From a virus: 64,000 nt of DNA. The stretch lies in the IMG/VR virus record IMGVR_UViG_3300046559_000446, positions 64,001 through 128,000 of that record; one strand, given 5' to 3'. The translations under genes were made by a program, and so were the position numbers. The notes below the pieces were generated by a model, which saw only the letters and a program-made list of their open reading frames with translations, made no database searches and was not told the DNA's origin. Shown piece by piece: positions 16,277-22,921 of this stretch (positions within the stretch are counted from its first letter, which is position 1; the number at the start of each line of letters is the position of its first letter).

Positions 16277-16417
16277 ATGAAAAAGTTCTACATTCCCGGC
16301 CTTCTGCTCGCCATCATCATCGTCGGCGGCATCGTCGCCAAGGCCCACGCTGGAACCTGCACCACGACCTGCAACACCTACGGCAACCAGCGGTACTGCA
16401 ACACCACCTGTTACTAA
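16277..16417 (+). CDS. Secreted 4-Cys micro-peptide precursor
   Basis: AGAGGA RBS; MKKFYIPGLLLAIIIVGGIVAKAHA then GTCTTTCNTYGNQRYCNTTCY. Confidence 0.7.
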   Translation: MKKFYIPGLLLAIIIVGGIVAKAHAGTCTTTCNTYGNQRYCNTTCY

Positions 16418-16551
16418 ACACAGCTTCGGTTCAATAGCCCTGGGGTCGCCCCCGGAGATGCGTCCTGCGCGTCGGCTGTGTTTTCTGTCCCTCTGGACCT
16501 GCCCCCTTGAGAAAGGGGCAGACCCGGAAGATCCGAAAAAGGAAAAAATCA

Positions 16552-16881
16552 ATGTCCGTCTTTGAAGTCGCCCTTTACGAAATCACTCAGAGCGTTCGCC
16601 ACCTGAAGCGCAGCGCCAAGGAAAAGAACCAGGTCAAGTTTGACAGCAACGCCGCCTACCTGCGCGGTTTGGTTGAGGCGCTGATCAGCCAGCAGGCCAA
16701 AGCTTTCGAGGCCCCCGTCCTGCCGCTCTACGCGGTGCGGCTCTACAGCAAGATCACCAAGACCGAGGCGTCGTTCGACGTGCGGGCCAGCAGCGAACTG
16801 GCGGCGGTTCGCGCCCTCGTCAACCGTGGTTTCCACAACAAGGACCACATCGTGCGCGGCGTCGATCTGGTGCGGGCATGA
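16552..16881 (+). CDS. Hypothetical protein
   Basis: AAGGA RBS; coupled operon. Confidence 0.65.
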   Translation: MSVFEVALYEITQSVRHLKRSAKEKNQVKFDSNAAYLRGLVEALISQQAKAFEAPVLPLYAVRLYSKITKTEASFDVRASSELAAVRALVNRGFHNKDHIVRGVDLVRA

Positions 16882-17081
16882 AAGCGAAGCTTGACGTCTC
16901 CGTCGAAGACCACGGCTCGCTGTGGCTCTTTCGACCCATCACCGAGGACGCCAAGACCTGGATCGACGACAACGTCGAGGACGCGGCGCTATGGTTCGGC
17001 GGCGCCCTCGCCGTCGAGGCCCGGTTCGTCCAGGCCCTGATCGAGGGCATGCTGGCCGACGGCCTGGAGGTGGGCAGATGA
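16878..17081 (+). CDS. Hypothetical protein
   Basis: ATGA overlap; VEDHGSLWLFRP...WIDDNV...WFGGALAVEARF. Confidence 0.7.
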   Translation: MKAKLDVSVEDHGSLWLFRPITEDAKTWIDDNVEDAALWFGGALAVEARFVQALIEGMLADGLEVGR

Positions 17082-17263
17082 AGCGCGCCACATGGGTGAA
17101 CGGCAAGCGCCGCGTCACCGGCGAGTGGCGATACCACTGGAGCAGCGACACGTTCGTGATTGTGCTCGACGGACGCAATCGCCTGACGGGGCGTCCAAAC
17201 GTGATCTACGCCAAGGGCGAAGAGCCTGAATGGGGCAACTGGAAAAGAGAGGCGGAACGATGA
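17078..17263 (+). CDS. Hypothetical protein
   Basis: GGAGG RBS, ATGA overlap. Confidence 0.6.
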   Translation: MKRATWVNGKRRVTGEWRYHWSSDTFVIVLDGRNRLTGRPNVIYAKGEEPEWGNWKREAER

Positions 17264-17457
17264 ACATTGAGCAGCGCCGAATCCTGGCCCACCTGCCCAA
17301 CAATGTCACGGTCGAAGAGTGGCCGGAACAGACCTATTGGCGCTGGATCGTGGCCCGCGCCTATACCAAAGGCGCCCGCGAGGTGAAGGCATACACCACC
17401 AAGGCCAGCGCAATGCGCGGCGGCCAGCGTTTGAGCAAACACCGGAAGGGGATCTAA
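17260..17457 (+). CDS. Hypothetical protein
   Basis: ATGA overlap with the upstream stop. Confidence 0.55.
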   Translation: MNIEQRRILAHLPNNVTVEEWPEQTYWRWIVARAYTKGAREVKAYTTKASAMRGGQRLSKHRKGI

Positions 17458-17460
17458 AGC

Positions 17461-17688
17461 ATGACGACGAAGGAAATGAGCGAAATGGGCTTGACCGATA
17501 TCCCGCTCACTGCGGACGAGGTTCGCACCGCCATCCTGGCGCTGCACGAAGCGGAGGAAATTTACCTCCGTCGCGCCGCGCGCTACAGGGAGGCCGGATT
17601 CTCGGCCAACCATGCCGACTGCCTCAAGCGGGCCGGCAAGGCCCAGGCGCTGGCCAACTGGGTCGCCCACCACGCCGACGCGGAGTGA
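17461..17688 (+). CDS. Hypothetical protein
   Basis: AAGGGG RBS; 75 aa. Confidence 0.6.
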   Translation: MTTKEMSEMGLTDIPLTADEVRTAILALHEAEEIYLRRAARYREAGFSANHADCLKRAGKAQALANWVAHHADAE

Positions 17689-17876
17689 TGGCCATGCGCA
17701 AGTTTGAAGTTACGGTCCTGGTGACCAGGGAAGGGGCGCTGCGCCCTTTCCGCGTCCATTATCTCACGATGGCCCACACTTTCGAGCAGGCGCGCCAGAA
17801 GGTCGCTGCCCAGGCTCTGAAGCATAAAACCCACCAGTTCATCCGCGTCGTCGATGCAAGGAAACCCGAAGCATGA
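17688..17876 (+). CDS. Hypothetical protein
   Basis: TGATG coupling, GGAG RBS. Confidence 0.55.
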   Translation: MAMRKFEVTVLVTREGALRPFRVHYLTMAHTFEQARQKVAAQALKHKTHQFIRVVDARKPEA

Positions 17877-18181
17877 AGCGTCGCTATCTGACGAAGACCC
17901 AAAAGGCCGTGCTCAAGAGCATGGCCGACAACGGCGGGCGCGCGGTGATCGCCACTGGCACCCGGTGGAGCACCTTCAGCCCCGGCAGGTGCTGCATCTT
18001 CGGGCAAGGAATGCACTGCCTGCTTCACAATCGCTGGATCACCAGCCGTGGCGAAAACCAAATCGGATTTTACGCCTGGACGACCGAAGGCCGGCTGGCG
18101 CACGAGCGCGGCTGGTTCATCCCGCAACTCTATTCCTCGCCCCACTGGGCTGATGAAAAACCCTTGCCCGACGAATCTTGA
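17873..18181 (+). CDS. Hypothetical protein
   Basis: ATGA overlap; 102 aa. Confidence 0.55.
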   Translation: MKRRYLTKTQKAVLKSMADNGGRAVIATGTRWSTFSPGRCCIFGQGMHCLLHNRWITSRGENQIGFYAWTTEGRLAHERGWFIPQLYSSPHWADEKPLPDES

Positions 18182-18200
18182 ACTTTTTTCGAAAAGGCTG

Positions 18201-18245
18201 TTGACACCCGATCACGTTGTGTCCTATAAAGGGTCATCAACAACG
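18201..18245 (+). promoter_or_regulatory. Strong early promoter cassette, copy 2
   Basis: TTGACA-cc-CGATCACG-ttgtgtcc-TATAAA-gggtcatcaacaac. Confidence 0.8.
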
Positions 18246-18259
18246 ACGAGGCGCACAAA

Positions 18260-18412
18260 ATGTTCGGTTACTTCTACGGAAACGTCCTCATCATCGCGAA
18301 GACCCCTTACGGAGGTAAGGATTTTCGGGACGGCGAGCAGATCATCTGCTGGAGCAAGCGCGAAGCCCGCAAGATCTGCAAGGCTCGCGGCATCAAGCCC
18401 TGGAATTTCTAA
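18260..18412 (+). CDS. Hypothetical 50-aa protein (below ORF-track cutoff)
   Basis: GAGG RBS directly after the promoter; MFGYFYGNVLII...KPWNF; followed by a CGGGGGC-GAAA-GCCCCCG hairpin. Confidence 0.6.
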   Translation: MFGYFYGNVLIIAKTPYGGKDFRDGEQIICWSKREARKICKARGIKPWNF

Positions 18413-18462
18413 CCGGGGGCGAAAGCCCCCGCCTGCCCCCCACCCAAACGGGATTTCCTGCT

Positions 18463-18777
18463 ATGTCCAAGATCTACCTCCCCATTTCCAAAGGCCCCTA
18501 CCTCAAGAAAGAGGGCAACTGGGTTCGCGAGAACCCGCTCTGCGACCTGACCTTCGACGCCCTGCTCAAGGATCTGGTCGATGGTCAGTATGACGACGAG
18601 ATCGTCTCGATCATCGAGATCGACCTGGTCGCCGGCACCTCGAAAGAGGTGATCGACGAGTTCGCGGACGCGGTCTACGCCAAGGTCGAGGCCGACTGGC
18701 GCCCGATTGGCGCGGACCTGGCCGAATGGCTGGCTGATCGCGGGTTCCAGGTGTCTCAGAGCGGGGGAGAACGCTGA
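18463..18777 (+). CDS. Acidic hypothetical protein
   Basis: 104-aa ORF with phage-like codon use; D/E-rich. Confidence 0.7.
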   Translation: MSKIYLPISKGPYLKKEGNWVRENPLCDLTFDALLKDLVDGQYDDEIVSIIEIDLVAGTSKEVIDEFADAVYAKVEADWRPIGADLAEWLADRGFQVSQSGGER

Positions 18778-18866
18778 TGAGCGCCTTCTGGAAAGACGCC
18801 ATCCTGGTCGCCCTCGCGACCCTCGCCATCCTGGGCTATGTGAACCTGGTTGAAAATTTTTTCTGA
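18777..18866 (+). CDS. 29-aa single-TM micro-protein
   Basis: TGATG coupling; MSAFWKDAILVALATLAILGYVNLVENFF. Confidence 0.5.
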   Translation: MSAFWKDAILVALATLAILGYVNLVENFF

Positions 18867-18873
18867 AATCAGG

Positions 18874-18920
18874 TTGACAGGCGAACACGGTGTGTCCTAT
18901 AAGGGGACATCAGCAACGAG
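18874..18920 (+). promoter_or_regulatory. Strong early promoter cassette, copy 3
   Basis: TTGACA-gg-CGAACACG-gtgtgtcc-TATAAG-gggacatcagcaac. Confidence 0.8.
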
Positions 18921-18929
18921 GACACACCG

Positions 18930-19364
18930 ATGAAACTCTCCACCGCCCGCCTCACAGACATCGCCGCGATCAACAAGTTCCTGTTCGCCGGCAACGCCAC
19001 TTTCACCCTGGTGTCGGCCAAGACCGGCGCTCGCTACACCTTCAAGGCGCGTCACTGCGGCGACGAAGGCAAGGATCTGTTTTTCGTGTCGGTCCTGACC
19101 GGCGCCGACAACGAGGCCTCCTACACCTACCTGGGCCAGTTCGTCGGCATGCGCGGGTTCCAGCATGGCCGCAAATCGACGATCAGCGCCGAGGCGCCGT
19201 CGGCCAAGGCCCTGGCCTGGTTCTCCAAGTTCCTGAACACCGCGAGCCTGCCCGATGTGGTCGAGTTCTGGCACGAGGGCAAGTGCTGCCGCTGCGGTCG
19301 CAAATTGACCGTCCCCGCTTCCATCGCTTCCGGCATTGGTCCGGAATGCGCCACCAAGATCTGA
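18930..19364 (+). CDS. DUF6011-like protein
   Basis: C-terminal CCRCGRKLTVPASIASGIGPECA motif. Confidence 0.7.
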   Translation: MKLSTARLTDIAAINKFLFAGNATFTLVSAKTGARYTFKARHCGDEGKDLFFVSVLTGADNEASYTYLGQFVGMRGFQHGRKSTISAEAPSAKALAWFSKFLNTASLPDVVEFWHEGKCCRCGRKLTVPASIASGIGPECATKI

Positions 19365-19375
19365 GGATTTCTCTG

Positions 19376-20308
19376 ATGAAAAAGCTTGCTCTCCTGGCTT
19401 CCCTGCTGTGCTCCGTCTCGGCCCAGGCCGCCGAATACAAGATCGTCAACATGCCGAGCGGCGACATCCTCGCCGTCGAGGGCGACATCAATTATGGCGA
19501 AGAAACGGTTTTCGAGGCCCGCCTGGCCGATATCGCCAAGGCCGGCCACACCGTCACCGGGATCGGCCTCAACTCGCCTGGCGGCAACGTCTACACCGCC
19601 GAGGCCATGGCGATCATTGTCGCCAAGCAGGGCTACACCGTCATGGTCGCCAATGGCGATATGTGCGCCTCGTCCTGCTTTCTGATCCTGGCCGCCGGCA
19701 AGGAAAAGCTGGTCATGGCCGACGCTAAGATCGGCGTCCATGGGGCCAGCATGAACGGCAAAGAGGACACCAGCGCCGCCAAGGTCACGCTCTTGATGAT
19801 CGCGGATCTGAAAGAGTACGGCGTCCCGCCGGCGATCCTGGGCAAGCTGGCGATGACCGGCAACAGCGAGGTGTCCTGGCTCGATAGCGCGGACCTGCGC
19901 AGCATGGGCGTCGATATCGTGCCGGTCAAACCCAAGGCGGCTGCGGCGCCCGCGTCCATGCCCAGGCCTTCTGCTGCGCCGCCGGCGCCGGCCAGCAATA
20001 CGATCAACTGGTCTGGCTCCTGGGGCGACTACGTCGATCAGGCCGCTCGCTGGTCGAAAGAGAGCTACGGCAAGCTGAACCTGTCGCGGGTCATGCATAA
20101 CGACGGCTCTTACCTGTTGAGCATCAGCTATGTGTCGAACACCAAGAAGCGGGTCGAGCTTGTGGAGAACCACACCACCGGCGCTGAGAAGGAATTTGAC
20201 GCCTGGACCTGCGTCCACTACTCGGACGCACTCAAGAAGTGCCGTGGCTGGGGCATTCAGCAATGGGACACCTACAACAAGATCAACGCAAGATGGGTGA
20301 AGCAATGA
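19376..20308 (+). CDS. Secreted/periplasmic protein with ClpP/crotonase-like domain (COG3904-like)
   Basis: Signal peptide MKKLALLASLLCSVSAQA; LNSPGGNVYTA, CASSCFLILAAG, KIGVHGA motifs. Confidence 0.7.
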   Translation: MKKLALLASLLCSVSAQAAEYKIVNMPSGDILAVEGDINYGEETVFEARLADIAKAGHTVTGIGLNSPGGNVYTAEAMAIIVAKQGYTVMVANGDMCASSCFLILAAGKEKLVMADAKIGVHGASMNGKEDTSAAKVTLLMIADLKEYGVPPAILGKLAMTGNSEVSWLDSADLRSMGVDIVPVKPKAAAAPASMPRPSAAPPAPASNTINWSGSWGDYVDQAARWSKESYGKLNLSRVMHNDGSYLLSISYVSNTKKRVELVENHTTGAEKEFDAWTCVHYSDALKKCRGWGIQQWDTYNKINARWVKQ

Positions 20309-20382
20309 TGCAGACTATGTGGATGCTTATCGTGGGATTCGCGATTATCTATATGGTGATCGCGGCGGTATTTAGGAGGTAA
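20305..20382 (+). CDS. 25-aa single-TM micro-protein
   Basis: ATGA overlap; MMQTMWMLIVGFAIIYMVIAAVFRR. Confidence 0.45.
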   Translation: MMQTMWMLIVGFAIIYMVIAAVFRR

Positions 20383-20384
20383 AA

Positions 20385-20588
20385 ATGAAAACACACCCGT
20401 CAATTACTATTGACCGCCTCTTGGATGCGGTCGAGCGCCGCGATCATTGCCTGGACAATCCGGGCTTCTGCATCGCATGCGGCGGCGAGCAGGATGGCTG
20501 CGAACCGGACGCCAGGAAATACGTCTGCGAGGCCTGCGGCAAGCGGGCGGTGTACGGCGCCGAGGAGATCCTGCAATGCATTTCATGA
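20385..20588 (+). CDS. Small zinc-ribbon protein
   Basis: GFCIACG...CEPDARKYVCEACG; AGGAGG RBS. Confidence 0.7.
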   Translation: MKTHPSITIDRLLDAVERRDHCLDNPGFCIACGGEQDGCEPDARKYVCEACGKRAVYGAEEILQCIS

Positions 20589-20701
20589 TCGGATTCGGGA
20601 TTTTCGTGCTGTGCTGGGGCCTGTTCCCGCGCGTCATGGGCTGGATCACCCTGCTGGCTGTCGTCGCTCTCGTCTTGACCATTGGAGGGTCGCACCAATG
20701 A
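20585..20701 (+). CDS. 38-aa membrane micro-protein
   Basis: ATGA overlap; MIGFGIFVLCWGLFPRVMGWITLLAVVALVLTIGGSHQ. Confidence 0.5.
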   Translation: MIGFGIFVLCWGLFPRVMGWITLLAVVALVLTIGGSHQ

Positions 20702-20904
20702 ACTGGAAACCGGAGGTTAAAATCAGCGGAAACTGGGAGCACAATCGCCTGGTGTTCGCGACCAAGGAAGAGGCCGAAATCAGCGCGCATAGCCTGTTCA
20801 TGCGCTGGACCCTGGCCGAGGATCACCGGGCCGTCGAGAGCAGCGACCCGGTCAACTACGTCATCATCGACGGCGAAATGTCGCCGGTCAGGGAGGGGGC
20901 TTGA
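20698..20904 (+). CDS. Hypothetical protein
   Basis: GGAGG RBS; MNWKPEV...NRLVFATKEEA...DPVNY. Confidence 0.65.
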   Translation: MNWKPEVKISGNWEHNRLVFATKEEAEISAHSLFMRWTLAEDHRAVESSDPVNYVIIDGEMSPVREGA

Positions 20905-21004
20905 CCCTCGCCTTTATCATCATTCTCCTGGCGGCCAGCGCGCCCAAAACCATGCTGGCCGGCTTAATTGCAACCCTCATCACCCTGAACTGGACGAGAA
21001 CCCA

Positions 21005-21280
21005 ATGAACAACAGACCCGAATTTCCCTTTCCGCCCATGCTCTACGGCAATGTCGAAGGGATGGAAGAGCCAATCATTACCGCCGCAGTCGATGTGGGC
21101 GAGGATCTGAGCTTTCTGCCGCCCGACGCCATAATCAACGTCGGCATGCTGCTGATCGTCATGGGCGTCAATGGCATGGACGCCTGCCCCGACCCGATTG
21201 CGACGCTCAACAAGGTGCGGGATTGCGCCTTTGCTTCGCTGGAAAACCTGCGCAAATACACCCAAGAGAGGACAAACTGA
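21005..21280 (+). CDS. Hypothetical protein
   Basis: 91 aa, coupled to the next gene. Confidence 0.6.
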   Translation: MNNRPEFPFPPMLYGNVEGMEEPIITAAVDVGEDLSFLPPDAIINVGMLLIVMGVNGMDACPDPIATLNKVRDCAFASLENLRKYTQERTN

Positions 21281-21561
21281 TGAGCACGGAAATGAACTTC
21301 GACAGGCATGCGCCGACTTTTTACGGCAATATCAGCATGCTCGAGAAACTCACGCTCGGCATGATGCTGACGCGGCTGCTGAAGGGCGACCTGGCGCTGG
21401 CGCCGCCAAAGTTCCTGCTGAACCTTGGCATGCTGCTGATCGTCTCGGCCATGCAGCGCATGAAGACCGACAAGCCCGACGCCATCATGGCCGACATTTC
21501 CGACTGCGCCGTGCGCTCCCTGTCCAACATGCGAGCCTGGATGCATGACAATGAAATGTAA
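21280..21561 (+). CDS. Hypothetical protein
   Basis: TGATG coupling; GAGG RBS. Shares NLGMLLIV / NVGMLLIV with the upstream ORF (possible paralogs). Confidence 0.6.
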   Translation: MSTEMNFDRHAPTFYGNISMLEKLTLGMMLTRLLKGDLALAPPKFLLNLGMLLIVSAMQRMKTDKPDAIMADISDCAVRSLSNMRAWMHDNEM

Positions 21562-21751
21562 TCAGTGCCGGTTCTACGATCCGCTCTCCAAGCCGTGGGA
21601 GTGGCGCGGCTCCTGCAACATCAAGCTGCCGCCTGGCGCTATTATGGACGCCAACGGGGGCTATATTCCCGACAGGTTCACGCGCGGCGATTCGGGCTGC
21701 GATCTGGGCCAGCCGATTGAAGAAAAGGAGGAAACAGCCGATGACGCCTGA
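21545..21751 (+). CDS. Small Cys-rich protein
   Basis: CNQCRFY...GSC...GC pattern. Confidence 0.55.
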   Translation: MTMKCNQCRFYDPLSKPWEWRGSCNIKLPPGAIMDANGGYIPDRFTRGDSGCDLGQPIEEKEETADDA

Positions 21752-21968
21752 AATGTTGGAAACCGTGGGCCAGAACCTGTTCGGCGCTCATTGGATCGGG
21801 GAACTGGCCGCGCGCTTGAACGTGGCGCCGCGTACGGTTCGGCGCTGGGCCAGGGGTGAGTTCGCCATGCCAAAGGACGCCCAGGAGGCTCTGGGGGTGA
21901 TCGCGCAGGAGCGGGTCCGGGAGGCGGCGCGCGCTTTGGAGGGGTTGCTTGGCGCTGGACAGAATTGA
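21741..21968 (+). CDS. XRE-type HTH protein
   Basis: ELAARLNVAPRTVRRWARGE; AGGAGG RBS. Confidence 0.7.
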   Translation: MTPEMLETVGQNLFGAHWIGELAARLNVAPRTVRRWARGEFAMPKDAQEALGVIAQERVREAARALEGLLGAGQN

Positions 21969-22172
21969 AATCCGGGCCTAAGTTGGACGCCCCAAATAAA
22001 CAAGACCCCGGCCTTGCGGCTGGGGCCTTGGTCTGCACTACCACCGGGAGAACGGACGACGGGACGACAGGAGAATAGTCAGTGGACGCTGACTTGACAG
22101 CAATTTAGGCTCCCCCGTCATCATTGTCAACGAACAGCCTTGCATTTTGCAGGGGCGGGAGAGCTTTGCGCG

Positions 22173-22826
22173 ATGGCTGACTATGATGTTGAAAAGATCA
22201 AGAAAATTATCGCCATGCTGTCGAGCGAACACGATGGCGAGGCTGCTGCGGCTGCAAGAATGCTTTGCATTCACGCAAAAAAGCAGGGCCACAACGTCAC
22301 AGAAATGATGGCGGCGGTTTTTGGCGGGGGCGGCGGCGGCATGCTGCAGTATAGGCTCGACGCCGCCTTGCACATGGTCGAGGTCGCCAAAGAGGCGGTC
22401 GCGGTGGCGCTGGCTAAGGCCGAAGAAGAGAAGGCCAAGCGCATCGCGCTGGAGCGCCATCGAGACGCAGGCTTTACGGCAACGTCGGCGCCGCGCCCGC
22501 AGCAAGAGGATCGATCCGCCTTCTGGAACGCAGCAGCCAACGCACGGGCGTCGAGCAATCCCGATCCCTGGGCTTGGGGAGCGCCGCCGTGGGGGGCCAA
22601 GCCCTCGCCCCCACCGCCGCCCTGGATGGACATCCTGCGCGATATGTTCGACCGGCACGGCGTGTCCATGCTGACGCAATGGGAGCAAAATTTTGTCGTT
22701 GACCTGATCGACCGAGGCATCCGCCATCCGAGCGAAAAGCAAGAGGCGGTGATTGTCAGGATCGTGGCGAAATACCGCACATGGGAAGACACTGGAAATT
22801 GTGGTTTTCACAGCGTCGGGCGATAG
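22173..22826 (+). CDS. Hypothetical protein (DUF2786-like N-terminus)
   Basis: KIKKIIAMLSSEHDGEAAAAA and C-terminal LTQWEQNFV...SEKQ. Confidence 0.6.
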   Translation: MADYDVEKIKKIIAMLSSEHDGEAAAAARMLCIHAKKQGHNVTEMMAAVFGGGGGGMLQYRLDAALHMVEVAKEAVAVALAKAEEEKAKRIALERHRDAGFTATSAPRPQQEDRSAFWNAAANARASSNPDPWAWGAPPWGAKPSPPPPPWMDILRDMFDRHGVSMLTQWEQNFVVDLIDRGIRHPSEKQEAVIVRIVAKYRTWEDTGNCGFHSVGR

Positions 22827-22833
22827 ACAAAGA

Positions 22834-22865
22834 AACGGGGGCTTGCGCCCCCGTTTGCAGTTTTT
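22834..22865. terminator. Hairpin, putative terminator
   Basis: AAACGGGGG-cttgcg-CCCCCGTTT between the 22173 ORF and primase. Confidence 0.5.
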
Positions 22866-22921
22866 GCCCAAACAACACACCCAAAAGGCAGACCCGAACG
22901 ATGGAAAAGGGACCGACTTAG

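Noticed and set aside
18890-19375. 472-aa ORF 18890-20308 as a single gene
   Set aside because: Its first 162 codons overlap the DUF6011-like gene in another frame. The real start is the ATG at 19376, with RBS and signal peptide.
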